This document shows, in pieces, positions 9,743-19,250 of a stretch of 64,000 nucleotides of DNA. Each line of letters opens with the position of its first letter. Positions within the stretch are counted from its first letter, which is position 1. Made by a program: the position numbers and the translations under genes. Source of the DNA: an uncultured delta proteobacterium (lineage in GTDB: Bacteria > Myxococcota_A > Polyangia > Fen-1088). The notes beneath the pieces were generated by a model. The model had not been told where the DNA came from. It worked only from the letters and a program-made list of their open reading frames with translations, and ran no database searches. The stretch is taken from contig CAVYGB010000002.1 in assembly GCA_963767925.1 (NCBI GenBank), positions 1,920,001-1,984,000 of the forward strand. Direction: 5' to 3'.

Positions 9743-10920
9743 CAGAACGCCGCTCCCAGTTGCAGCACGACCGCCCGGTGCGAGGCCAGGAAGCGCTGCT
9801 CGAAGTCGAAGAACATGCCGCGGGGGAAGTTGCGCCCCGCCTTGTCGTATTCGAGCTGGAGGGTGAGGCGCGTGTCGCGCCAGTGTCCCAGGTTGGCCCC
9901 CGCCATCACCTCGAGGAACAGATCGTCCTGCACGGCGGTGTCGGGCTCGAGCGCCCCCGCGGTGGCGAACAGCTCGAAGTAGGGCGCCCCCCGCTTCAGC
10001 CCGCCCCAGCGCCAGGCGCCCAGCAGGCGGCCCTCGACGAAGGTGGCGTCGCCGGTGGCGGTCGGATCGGCCTTGAACCAGCTCGTGCCGGTCAGCGCCT
10101 CGGCCCAGAAGCGCAGGCCGGTGCGCTCGAATTCGATGTCGCCGGTGGCGTCGACGCCGCCCGCCCAGTAGCCCTCGAGGCCGGTGGCCTGCTGGGTGAC
10201 CCGGTATTGCCCGACGGCGGCCAGCTCCACCCCGCCCGGGGTGGTGGCCAGCCGGGCGACGACGGTCTGGTCAGCCAGGGAGGCCCCCTCGACCGGGTCG
10301 CCCGAGTCGGCGCCCCACTGCACCGAGCGGAAGGCGCCGACCGTGAGCTCGGGGTCCCAGAAGCCGCCCCCCTCGATGCGACCGATGAAGCCCTCGCGCC
10401 GGCCGGTCAGCAACATGTGGTCGGACAGCAGCTCGTGCAGCCAGCCGCGGCGGGCGACCGGCAGGGTCCAGGGCGACTCCAGGTGGAACGAGGAGATGGG
10501 CATCTTGAATTGCCCGCCCCGCAGCAGCCAGCGCTTCTTGCGAGCCTGCACGTAGCCGTCGCGCAGGCGGACGTTGCCCGCGATCTCCGCCTCCAGCACC
10601 ACCGAGACCAGGTCGAGCATGTCGACCCGCAGCGAGGCGCGCGCGCTCGGCACCGACAGCGACAGGGCCTCGGCCTCGGTCTGGACGTTGCCGACGTCCT
10701 CGAGCCGCTGGTCGTCGTAGGCGGCGGCGGCGAACACGCGCCCCCGCACCTCGAAGGTGAAGCGCTCGGGCTCGGCGGCCGCCGGTGGGCCGGCCTGAGC
10801 TGCCGCCTCGCTCGACGGCGCGTCCGCCTCGGGCTGCGCGCGGGCCGGATCGGGAACGACGAGGACGGCGATCGCGGCGCAGGCGGACCATAGAAACGTT
10901 CGCAGCGGGGGCTTGGACAT
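9742..10920 (-). CDS. Outer-membrane porin, OprO/OprP (phosphate-selective)-like
   Basis: Signal peptide, LRDGYV and RGGQFKMPIS motifs, alternating beta-strands, C-terminal Phe; start placed at MSKPP. Confidence 0.7.
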   Translation of the reverse strand: MSKPPLRTFLWSACAAIAVLVVPDPARAQPEADAPSSEAAAQAGPPAAAEPERFTFEVRGRVFAAAAYDDQRLEDVGNVQTEAEALSLSVPSARASLRVDMLDLVSVVLEAEIAGNVRLRDGYVQARKKRWLLRGGQFKMPISSFHLESPWTLPVARRGWLHELLSDHMLLTGRREGFIGRIEGGGFWDPELTVGAFRSVQWGADSGDPVEGASLADQTVVARLATTPGGVELAAVGQYRVTQQATGLEGYWAGGVDATGDIEFERTGLRFWAEALTGTSWFKADPTATGDATFVEGRLLGAWRWGGLKRGAPYFELFATAGALEPDTAVQDDLFLEVMAGANLGHWRDTRLTLQLEYDKAGRNFPRGMFFDFEQRFLASHRAVVLQLGAAF

Positions 10921-11101
10921 TGCTTTTTGGAGCGTCCCCCGCGGTCTCCACTGGCTCACACCGCGACCTCGCTGGCGACCGGACGGTCAGGACGCGCGGG
11001 ATGCTACACGCCACCGCCAGGGCGGGCAATGGGTTGCCCGTCGCGCACGCGAGCTGTCGGTTCGCGTCAGCGGGGAAACCGGGGCATGCTGCCGCAGACG
11101 G

Positions 11102-12988
11102 ATGACGACGCTCGAGCGCCTGGCGGTCGCGCTGCCCCTGCTGCTGGCGGCGGCGTGCACCCTCGCGATCGCCCGCCGGCGGATCGTGCTGCTGCTCGGC
11201 CGTCAGGGGCCGCACCTGGCGCCGGCCGTCTGCATCGTCGTGTGGCTGATCGGGTTGACCCTGGGGCAGGCGGCCGGCTCGCTGGTGGCGATGTCGCTCG
11301 CCGGGAGCTTGCCCCTGCTCGGCCTGGGCCTGCTCGCCCTGCGCACGCCGCCGCTGCGGCGGCCCGGGCCCCGGCTCGGCCCGGCCCTGCTGCTCGCGCT
11401 GGCCGGCGTCGCCCTCTACCAGATCGTCGTCCCCGGGTTCGACAGCCTCTGCCACTTCGCCATCGCCGGCAATTACCTGCGCGGCAACATCCCGCCCACC
11501 GCCCTCGACAACCCGGACAGCCCGCTGCTCTACCACCCGCTGTTCGACGCCGCCGCCGCGGTTGTCACCCGCGCCCTCGGCACCGACCTCGAGCTGGGGC
11601 TCGATCTGGTGTCGCTGCTGGCGGTGCTGGCCTGCTTGCTGGCGGCCACCGCCCTGGCCCGGGCGCTGTCTCCCGGAAGCCGCCTGGTCCCCCTGCTCGG
11701 GGTGCTCGCCCTCCTGCTCGGCGGCGGGCCCACCTTTCTCCGGGTGCTCGGCAGCAGCGCGCCGGTCGAGGAGGCGCTGCACGGCCAGACCAGCCAGGCC
11801 TTCCTCGATCAGATGTTGCGCCGGCCGTTCCCCCTCTGCTTCGCGGTCGTCGCTCTGGTGCTGGCGCTGCTGCTGCGCCCGCCCCGCGAGGCGGCGCGCC
11901 GGCCCTGGCTCACCGGCCTGCTGCTGGCGCCGCCGTTCTTTCTCCTGCCCCAGGTGGGCGAGGAGCAGGTGCTCGTGCTCGGGCTGCTGGTGGCGGGTCT
12001 GCTGTTCTTGCGGCGCCTGCCGCTGCTCGCGGCGGCGATGGCGGGGGCGGCGGCGCTGGCCGGCGGGCTGGCCTCGGGGGTGTTCCGGGCCCTGCTCGCG
12101 CCGGCGCCCACCTCGATGGCCAGCCCGCGGCTGGCGCTGCAGTGGCCGCCGGCGCTGCCGACCTGGACCGAGCCGCTGGGGGGCTGGCCGATCCCGAGCT
12201 GGCCGGCGGCGGCGGTCGCCCTGTTCGAGCTGGGACCGTTCTTCTTCCTCACCGCGATCGCGCTCGGCGCGTGGGTGTTGTCGCGGCGGCTGCCAGCCGG
12301 GCCCGGGCCGCCCCGCGCGCCCGCAGCGATCCTGCTGGCGGTCGTGGCGGCCAACCTCCTCGGCGCCACCTGCTTGACCTTGCAGGGCTGGCCGCGCGCC
12401 GACCTCGACCGCTTCGTCTTCCAGGCCAGCAACCTGATGCTGCTCGCGACCCCCGCGGCGCTGCTGCCGCTCGCCCGCTGGCGACCGGAGCGGCCGGGAC
12501 TGCGGCGGCTGGGCTTCGTGCTCGCCGGCCTGTTTCTGATCGGGGGCAGCGTCGGGCTGGCCACCCACCGGGTGGCGACCCGCATCGCCGACTACCGCCC
12601 GCTGGGCCCGGAGCGCCCCTACGGGCAGCTCCGCCGGCTACTCGGCACGGCGGTGGGACCGCGCGATCTGATCGCGACGGATCCCGCTTCGGCCCAGATG
12701 CTGGTGACCGCCGGCTTCCTGGTTGTGGCGCCGATGGACAGCCACATGGTCGGGGTGGTCAACGGCGCGCGCTTCCATTCGTACCTGGAGGCGAACCGCT
12801 GTCGCGCCCGCTGGCGCTGGCTGCCGGAGCTGGATCCGGCCGTGCGCGCGAGCGAAGCGGTCGTCCTGCTGGGAGGCTACGCCTTGCTGCCGGGCTCAGG
12901 GTGCCCCGAGGGGCGCCCGCGCTCAGCGGCCAGCGGTCGCGATGTCGAGCGCGGTCAAGGCCAGGGTCGGGTTGTGTCCCAGCCGTGA
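11102..12988 (+). CDS. Polytopic membrane protein, possibly GT-C-like glycosyltransferase
   Basis: Many TM segments, FDSLCH and LLYHPLFD loop motifs; start MTTLERL chosen. Confidence 0.55.
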   Translation: MTTLERLAVALPLLLAAACTLAIARRRIVLLLGRQGPHLAPAVCIVVWLIGLTLGQAAGSLVAMSLAGSLPLLGLGLLALRTPPLRRPGPRLGPALLLALAGVALYQIVVPGFDSLCHFAIAGNYLRGNIPPTALDNPDSPLLYHPLFDAAAAVVTRALGTDLELGLDLVSLLAVLACLLAATALARALSPGSRLVPLLGVLALLLGGGPTFLRVLGSSAPVEEALHGQTSQAFLDQMLRRPFPLCFAVVALVLALLLRPPREAARRPWLTGLLLAPPFFLLPQVGEEQVLVLGLLVAGLLFLRRLPLLAAAMAGAAALAGGLASGVFRALLAPAPTSMASPRLALQWPPALPTWTEPLGGWPIPSWPAAAVALFELGPFFFLTAIALGAWVLSRRLPAGPGPPRAPAAILLAVVAANLLGATCLTLQGWPRADLDRFVFQASNLMLLATPAALLPLARWRPERPGLRRLGFVLAGLFLIGGSVGLATHRVATRIADYRPLGPERPYGQLRRLLGTAVGPRDLIATDPASAQMLVTAGFLVVAPMDSHMVGVVNGARFHSYLEANRCRARWRWLPELDPAVRASEAVVLLGGYALLPGSGCPEGRPRSAASGRDVERGQGQGRVVSQP

Positions 12989-13462
12989 CAGCTCCTGCTT
13001 GAGCAGCTCCGACTCGAGCGTCTTGCGGCCGAGCAGGCGCTCGAGCTCGCGCACGCGATCGCGCAGGTCGCGCACCTCCGTGCGGGAGTCGTCCTCGCTC
13101 TTGCTGCGAGCCGGGCCCGCGCTGCTGTCGAGCTGGCGCCGCCAGCGGAACAGCAGGCTCACCGACAGGCCATAGCGACGTCCCACCGACGACATGCTCT
13201 CACCCGAGGAAATCGCCTGCTGCAAAAATTGCCGCTTCTCCTCGTTGCTGAATCGGCGACGGCGTCCGGGCAGCGGACCGGGCAGTCCGTTCGCGTTCGT
13301 CTCGTCTTCCTGAGGAGGGGTCTCGGGCAGAGGAGCGGAGGGAGGGGGAAGATCCAGTTCGACCAGGTCTCGGACCGCGCTCATGATCTTCGTCTCTGCT
13401 TTCTGGCCTGCTTGTAGGAACTGGCCGGTGGATGTACCTTCATCGGGTCGTCCGGTTGCCAT
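12923..13462 (-). CDS. IS3/IS2-family OrfA-like HTH protein (HTH_Tnp_1) with no OrfB next to it
   Basis: RRRRFSNEEK...VGRRYGLSVSLLFRWRRQ HTH plus zipper RVRELERLLGRKTLESELLK. Confidence 0.75.
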   Translation of the reverse strand: MATGRPDEGTSTGQFLQAGQKAETKIMSAVRDLVELDLPPPSAPLPETPPQEDETNANGLPGPLPGRRRRFSNEEKRQFLQQAISSGESMSSVGRRYGLSVSLLFRWRRQLDSSAGPARSKSEDDSRTEVRDLRDRVRELERLLGRKTLESELLKQELSRLGHNPTLALTALDIATAGR

Positions 13463-13514
13463 AGGGACGACCCAAACAACTGGGTCCGTTTTTACACCTC
13501 TTTTACCGGCGTGT

Positions 13515-14162
13515 GTGAGCTTTCCGCAGAAATCGGTACCGCGCCGCGCTCAGGTCACCCCGATCGTGCTGGCCGCCGGCGCTTCGACGCGGATGGGCAA
13601 ACGGAAGGAATACCTGTCGTTTGGCCAGCTTACCTGCCTGGATCTGGTACTGGATGCGTCTCGTCGAGCGGGCCTGGGAGAGCCGATTCTGGTGACCCGG
13701 ATCGAGCGCCAGGAGGAGCTGAAAAGGGTGCTTTCGGCCCGCGGTGTCCCGGCCCGGATCGCGGTCAACGATAGGCCCGAGCTGGGGCAGACCTCTTCGC
13801 TGCGCGCGGGTCTGCAGGTGCTCTCCGATCAGGCGCAGGCCTTCCTGATCCACCCCGTCGACTATCCGCTCATCCGCGCGAACGATATCGAGCGGCTGTG
13901 CGAGGTCTTCGTGGAAGCGTTTCCCGCGGCGACGGTGGTGGCGCCGTCGTTCGCGCGCCGGCGCGGGCACCCGGTGATCGTCGCCGCCTCGGTCGCGCCG
14001 GCGATCCTCGCGCTGCCCGAAGGCGCCTCGGCCCGCGAGGCGCTCGCGCCCCACGCCGCCGCCACCCGCTACGTGGACTTCGAAAACGATCGCGTGCTCC
14101 AGGACATGGATACCCCTGACGACTACGCGCGCTGCCTCGCCCGCTGGACCTTCGGCGACTGA
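13515..14162 (+). CDS. mocA: Molybdenum cofactor cytidylyltransferase-like nucleotidyltransferase (MocA family)
   Basis: IVLAAGASTRMG, GQTSSL, VDYP, RRGHPV, DMDTPDDY; directly upstream of xdhC; start uncertain. Confidence 0.8.
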   Translation: MSFPQKSVPRRAQVTPIVLAAGASTRMGKRKEYLSFGQLTCLDLVLDASRRAGLGEPILVTRIERQEELKRVLSARGVPARIAVNDRPELGQTSSLRAGLQVLSDQAQAFLIHPVDYPLIRANDIERLCEVFVEAFPAATVVAPSFARRRGHPVIVAASVAPAILALPEGASAREALAPHAAATRYVDFENDRVLQDMDTPDDYARCLARWTFGD

Positions 14163-14332
14163 CCCCTCACCCCGCCCCTCTCCCCGCTACCGCGGGGCGA
14201 GGGCGACCAATCTCCTCGCCGCGACCGCCCTTCGCGAGCGCGATCGCCCTCGGCCTCTCGAAGAATCGTCGCGGCAGGTGGCGTGTTTGCCCTCTCCCCG
14301 CTACCGCGGGGCGAGGGAAAGGGTGAGGGGTC
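14161..14332. repeat. Pair of REP-like palindromic elements in inverted arrangement
   Basis: GACCCCTCACCCC..CCCTCTCCCCGCTACCGCGGGGCGAGGG and CCCTCTCCCCGCTACCGCGGGGCGAGGG..GGGTGAGGGGTC; same family as 58821-59412. Confidence 0.75.
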
Positions 14333-14483
14333 TGGCGTCGCCCCTCGCTGCGTGACCCATCGCCGGCGCGGGCGCTCAGGTTCGCGGGATTTTTACAGTG
14401 AGCAGGATGCGGGAGGGCAAGTGTGGTTGTCCCTACGCCAACTTGTTGTTACAGGCAGGATCACTGGATATGCTCGCCCGCCC

Positions 14484-15371
14484 ATGGAGGTTTCCCGCAA
14501 GGTGCTCCGTCGAGCGGCCGAGCTGGCGGATGCTGGCCAGCCTTTCGCGCTCTGTACGGTTACAGCCACCCGCGGGAGCGTGCCGGGCAAGGTCGGCGCG
14601 AAGATGATCGTCGACCGCCACGGCGTGCAGTTCGGCACCGTGGGTGGCGCGGGCCTCGAGGAGAAGACCAAGGCTCTGGCGGTCAAGTGCATCGCCGAGA
14701 AGAAGTCCGCCACCCAGAAGTTCGACCTGGCGTACTTCCGGCCTGGCGCGCTGGACAGCCTTTGCGGAGGCACCGTCGAGGTGCTGGTGGAGTACATGGG
14801 CGCAGTACCACACGTCCTCATCTGCGGCGGCGGCCACGTCGGCCTCGAGGTGGCCCGCCTGTGTGACCAGCTCGAATACGTCTATTCGGTGCTCGACGAC
14901 CGGGCCGAGTTCGCCGGGCGCGAGCGCTTCCCCCGGGCGAGCGGCCTTCACGTGGGCCGCCCGGAGGTGTTTTTCCCGGAGGCCGATCTCGGCGGGTACT
15001 CCCACCTCATCATCCTGGGGTACTCGCACCGGATCGACACCGACATCCTCTACGACTGTTGCAAACGCTTCCGCGGCTACATCGGGGTCATCTCGAGCAA
15101 GCTCAAGAAGCGCGAGATGTTCGCGCGCATGCGCGAACGCGGCGTGACCGAGGAAGAGCTGGCGCAAGTGGAGGCGCCACTGGGAATCGGGATCGGCGCA
15201 GAGACCCCGGCCGAGATTGCAGTATCGATAATGGGCGGAATCATCGCCCATCACAAAGGCATCAGCGCTACGGCGAACGAGCGTCCCTCACCCCTGGAGG
15301 CTAGCGATGGCGAAGAAGCGGAACCCCGCCAACGAGAAAAAGACGACCGGCAGATCAAGTCTGTCGGCTAG
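14484..15371 (+). CDS. xdhC: XdhC family Moco-insertion chaperone
   Basis: TRGSVPGKVGAKM, GTVGG, CGG, ICGGGHVG, DDR, APLGIGIGAETPAEIAVSI. Confidence 0.9.
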   Translation: MEVSRKVLRRAAELADAGQPFALCTVTATRGSVPGKVGAKMIVDRHGVQFGTVGGAGLEEKTKALAVKCIAEKKSATQKFDLAYFRPGALDSLCGGTVEVLVEYMGAVPHVLICGGGHVGLEVARLCDQLEYVYSVLDDRAEFAGRERFPRASGLHVGRPEVFFPEADLGGYSHLIILGYSHRIDTDILYDCCKRFRGYIGVISSKLKKREMFARMRERGVTEEELAQVEAPLGIGIGAETPAEIAVSIMGGIIAHHKGISATANERPSPLEASDGEEAEPRQREKDDRQIKSVG

Positions 15372-15972
15372 GCGAGAAGAGAACAGAAAGGCGCCCGCCG
15401 CCGGGCTGACCCGTCGTGGCTTCATGCAAGGGGTCGGCGTCGCCGGTGGCGTCGCCGTGGTGGCCAAGAGCGCCCAGGCCGCGGCCAAGCCCAAGGTCCT
15501 CCCCGCGAGAAAAGTGCCGATCACCCTGAACGTGAACGGCAAGGACTACCGGCTGAAGGTCGAGCCGCGCATCACCCTCCTGCGGGCCCTGCGCAACGAT
15601 CTCGATCTGACCGGCACGAAGGAGATCTGTGACCGGGGGGCCTGTGGCGGGTGCAGCGTCACCCTCGACGGCAACCTGATCAACTCCTGCATGTTGCTGG
15701 CGGTGGACGCCGTGGGTCGCAAGATCGGCACCATCGAGGGGCTGTCGAAGGGCGACAAGCTCGATCCCATCCAGGAGGCCTTCGTGAAGCACGACGCCCT
15801 CCAGTGTGGCTTCTGCACCCCCGGCATGGTGATGGCGTGCAAGTCGCTGCTGGCGACAAACAAGAACCCGACCCTGGTCCAGATCAAGAAGGGCCTCGCG
15901 GGCAACATCTGCCGCTGCGGCACCTACAACCACATCTTCGCGGCGGTGCAGACCGTCTCGAAGGCTGGCTAA
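15307..15972 (+). CDS. (2Fe-2S) subunit of xanthine dehydrogenase/PaoA (YagT) type with Tat signal
   Basis: TRRGFM twin-arginine motif; CDRGACGGC, QCGFC, CRC. Confidence 0.9.
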   Translation: MAKKRNPANEKKTTGRSSLSARREENRKAPAAGLTRRGFMQGVGVAGGVAVVAKSAQAAAKPKVLPARKVPITLNVNGKDYRLKVEPRITLLRALRNDLDLTGTKEICDRGACGGCSVTLDGNLINSCMLLAVDAVGRKIGTIEGLSKGDKLDPIQEAFVKHDALQCGFCTPGMVMACKSLLATNKNPTLVQIKKGLAGNICRCGTYNHIFAAVQTVSKAG

Positions 15973-15987
15973 CCGGAGGAATCAGCC

Positions 15988-18258
15988 ATGCCGAAAGTAA
16001 AAGCCAAGCTCGGCTTCCGTGGCCCCCGGGGCGTCAGCAAGGTGATGGAGATCGAGATCCCCGAAGGTGAGCCACCTCCCTGGGACCTCGACACCAAGTT
16101 CAAGCACGTCAACGGCAGCCTGCCCCGCATCGACGGCGTCGCCAAGGTCACCGGGCGGGCCAAATACACCTACGACCAGAACCCCCGGGGCATGCTCTGG
16201 GGCAAGATGCTGCACTCGCCCTGGGGCGCAGCCGGCATCAAGGCGATGGACGTCGAGGCCCTCAAGAAGGCCCCCGGCGTGCGCGCCGTGCACGTCTTCA
16301 AGGAGGCCGGTCGGCCGCTGCTCTATCACGGCGACGAGGTCCTCGCGATCGCGGCCGACACGATCGAGCAGGCCGAAGACGCCCTGCGGGACTTCAAGAT
16401 CACCTACGAGCGCAAGGAGGTGGCCACCACCATCCAGGCCGGCCTGCGCCCCGACGCCCCCATGGTGTTCGAGGGGGAGAAGAACGCGGCCGCGGTGAAC
16501 GTGCCCAAGACCGACGCGGCCAAGGCGGAGGACACCGACAAGGCCGCCAAGGCGGCGGCGCTCATGAAGACCGCGGACAAGGTGTTCGAGGCGACCTACG
16601 AGACCCAGGTGCAGACCCACTCGTCGCTCGAGACCCACGGGGCCATGGCCACCTTCGAGAAGGACGGCTCGCTGACCCTGCACATCAGCACCCAGGCCAA
16701 CTACGGCTGCAAGGGTGAGGCGGTCGAGTTTTCCAAGCTGCCCGACGACAAGGTCAACCTGATCGCCGAGATGGTCGGCGGCGGCTTCGGCGGCAAGTTC
16801 AACATCGCCCCCTCGGGCCGGGCCGCGATGGCGCTGGCCAAGCTGGCCAAGCGGCCGGTCAAGATCATGCTCGACCGGGAAGGTGAGCACACCACCGGCG
16901 GCAACCGCCCCGCTTCGTTGCAGAAGATGAAGGCGGGCGTGAGCAAGGACGGCAAGATCCTCGCCTACCAGCTCGAGGTCTTCGGCACGGGCGGCGTCAC
17001 CGGCGGCGGCACCGGCGCGGCCAACCCCGTCATCTACGACGTGGGCGCCTCGCACAAGAAGGAGACGCGGGTGTTCACCAACGGCGGCCCCTCGGTGGCC
17101 ATGCGCTCGCCGGCCTGGCCGCAGGGCGTGTACGCCATGGAGGGCTTCCTCGACGAGATGGCCTACGGGCTGGGGATGGACCCCCTGGAGTTCCGCAAGA
17201 AGAACACCACCGACGAGGTCTATCTCACGCAGTGGGAGATGGGCGCCAAGATGATCGGCTGGGACCGGCGCAACAAGGTCCCCGGCTCGGGCAAGGGTCC
17301 GGTCAAGCGCGGCCTCGGCATGGCCTCCTCCATGTGGCGCAACATGGGCGGGCGCGACGGCATCGTCGACGTGGTCATCCACCGCGACGGCACCGTCGAG
17401 ACTAAAAACGGGGCTCAGGACATCGGCACCGGCACCCGCACCCTGCTCGCCATCATCACGGCGGAGGAGCTGGGCATCCACCCCCTGCAGGTGAAGGTCT
17501 CGCTGGGTCAGACCAAGTGGCCCAAGGGTCCCTCCTCCGGTGGCTCGAAGACGGCCGCCACCCTGGCGCCCGTCATCCGCCGCTCGGCCTTCCAGGCCAA
17601 GGAGAAGCTGCTGGCGCTGGCCTCGGCCAAGCTGGGCGTGCCGGCGGCCGAGCTGCGCATCGAGGACGGGCTGGTGGCGGGGCAGGGCAAGAGCCTGCCC
17701 TGGAAGCAGGCCTGCGCCCTCATCAAGGAGAACGGGGGCAAGATCGAGGTGCGCACCGAGCGCCAGGCCAACTACGACTCGTACACCAAGCAGGTGCACG
17801 GGGTGCAGTTCGCCGAGGTGGAGGTCGACACCGAGACCGGCTACGTCAAGGTCATCAAGATCGTCACCATCCAGGACGCCGGGCTGGTCGCCAACAAGCT
17901 GCTGTTCAACAGCCAGCTCCTCGGCGGCGCCATCCAGGGCCTCTCCTACGCCCTGCACGAGGATCGCATCCTCGACGCGCGCTACGGGGTGCAGATGAAC
18001 AGCGATCTCATGATGTACAAGATCTCAGGCTCCATGGAGATGCCCGAGATCGTCACGGTGCCCTTCGACGTGCTCAACGGCGGCAACAACACCAGCATGA
18101 TGGGTGTCGGCGAGCCGCCCAACATCCCCACGGCGGCGGCCATCGCCAACGCCTTCTACAACGCCACCGGGGTGCGCATGCGGACCCTGCCCATGACTCC
18201 CGACAAGGTCCTGACGGCGCTGCTGAGCGCCGCCAAGTCGAAGACCGCGGCCATCTGA
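15988..18258 (+). CDS. Molybdopterin-binding subunit, xanthine dehydrogenase/PaoC (YagR) family
   Basis: RIDGVAKVTGRAKY, VGGGFGGK, MRSP, QDIGTGT, GVGEPP, NATGVRMRTLPMTPDK. Confidence 0.9.
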   Translation: MPKVKAKLGFRGPRGVSKVMEIEIPEGEPPPWDLDTKFKHVNGSLPRIDGVAKVTGRAKYTYDQNPRGMLWGKMLHSPWGAAGIKAMDVEALKKAPGVRAVHVFKEAGRPLLYHGDEVLAIAADTIEQAEDALRDFKITYERKEVATTIQAGLRPDAPMVFEGEKNAAAVNVPKTDAAKAEDTDKAAKAAALMKTADKVFEATYETQVQTHSSLETHGAMATFEKDGSLTLHISTQANYGCKGEAVEFSKLPDDKVNLIAEMVGGGFGGKFNIAPSGRAAMALAKLAKRPVKIMLDREGEHTTGGNRPASLQKMKAGVSKDGKILAYQLEVFGTGGVTGGGTGAANPVIYDVGASHKKETRVFTNGGPSVAMRSPAWPQGVYAMEGFLDEMAYGLGMDPLEFRKKNTTDEVYLTQWEMGAKMIGWDRRNKVPGSGKGPVKRGLGMASSMWRNMGGRDGIVDVVIHRDGTVETKNGAQDIGTGTRTLLAIITAEELGIHPLQVKVSLGQTKWPKGPSSGGSKTAATLAPVIRRSAFQAKEKLLALASAKLGVPAAELRIEDGLVAGQGKSLPWKQACALIKENGGKIEVRTERQANYDSYTKQVHGVQFAEVEVDTETGYVKVIKIVTIQDAGLVANKLLFNSQLLGGAIQGLSYALHEDRILDARYGVQMNSDLMMYKISGSMEMPEIVTVPFDVLNGGNNTSMMGVGEPPNIPTAAAIANAFYNATGVRMRTLPMTPDKVLTALLSAAKSKTAAI

Positions 18259-18270
18259 CGGAGGAACTCC

Positions 18271-19245
18271 ATGCGAAGCTTCTCGTACGTACTCCCTGAT
18301 ACGCTCGAGCAGGCCTCCGAGCAGGCCAAGCTCAAAGGCGCGCTCCTCAAGGCCGGCGGGATCGACATCCTCGACTTGCTGAAGGGGGACATCATCGCCC
18401 CCCAGCAGCTGGTCAACCTGTCGCACATCAAGAACCCCGCCATGCGCGAGATCGCCGTGAAGGACGACGGCGTGCACGTGGGGGCCCTGGTGACGCTGGC
18501 CCAGGTGGCTGGCAACGGCAGCGTGCCGGCGGTTGTGGCGGAGGCGGCGGGCAAGGCCGCCACGCCCCAGATCCGCAACGTGGCCACGGTGGGCGGGAAC
18601 CTCGCGCAGCGGGTGCGCTGCTGGTGGTTCCGCAGCGCCACCTTCCCCTGCGCCCGCAAGGAGGGGAACCAGTGTTTCGCTCAGAAGAGCGAGAACAAGT
18701 ACCACGCCGTGTTCGACAACAGCGAGTGCGCCGCGGTGGCGCCCTCCAGCCTGGCCCCACCCCTGGTGGTGCTCGACGCGGTCGTCGTCACCAACAAGCG
18801 CCGCATCCCCATCGAGCAGTTCTTCGTGCCGACCTCGGTCGACATCACGAAGGAGCACGTGCTCGAGCCGGGCGAGATCATCACCGAGGTGGTGATCCCG
18901 AAGGCGACGGCGGGCTGGAAGAACGCCTACCGCGAGGCGGGGGAGCGCGAGTCGCAGGACTGGCAGCTCCTCTCGGCCTCGGTGGCGCTCGACCTGAGCG
19001 GCTCGACGGTCAAGGCCGCCCGGGTGGCGCTCGGCGCGGTGGCGGTGGTCCCCTACCGCGTGCAGGACGTGGAGAACGCCCTCAAGGGCAAGCCGGTCAA
19101 CGCCGCCAACGCCGCCCGCGCGGCCGATCTGGCGTTCGCGAAGGCCAAGCCCTTCCCGGAGAACGCGTACAAGGTGCCGCTGGGCAAGGCCGTGCTCAAG
19201 CGGGCGATTCTGGCGGCGGCCGGTCTGCCCGAGCTCGGAGGTTGA
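18271..19245 (+). CDS. FAD-binding subunit, PaoB (YagS) family with 4Fe-4S Cys motif
   Basis: KAGGIDI, ATPQIRNVATVGGNL, RCWWFR..C..GNQC..EC, ENAYKV. Confidence 0.9.
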   Translation: MRSFSYVLPDTLEQASEQAKLKGALLKAGGIDILDLLKGDIIAPQQLVNLSHIKNPAMREIAVKDDGVHVGALVTLAQVAGNGSVPAVVAEAAGKAATPQIRNVATVGGNLAQRVRCWWFRSATFPCARKEGNQCFAQKSENKYHAVFDNSECAAVAPSSLAPPLVVLDAVVVTNKRRIPIEQFFVPTSVDITKEHVLEPGEIITEVVIPKATAGWKNAYREAGERESQDWQLLSASVALDLSGSTVKAARVALGAVAVVPYRVQDVENALKGKPVNAANAARAADLAFAKAKPFPENAYKVPLGKAVLKRAILAAAGLPELGG

Positions 19246-19250
19246 TCATC

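Noticed and set aside
4247..9982. Long plus-strand ORFs (957 aa and 667 aa)
   Set aside because: Antisense shadows of the Na/Pi transporter and Tmk-like genes
12900..13500. Complete IS3-family insertion sequence
   Set aside because: No DDE transposase, terminal inverted repeats or target duplication seen
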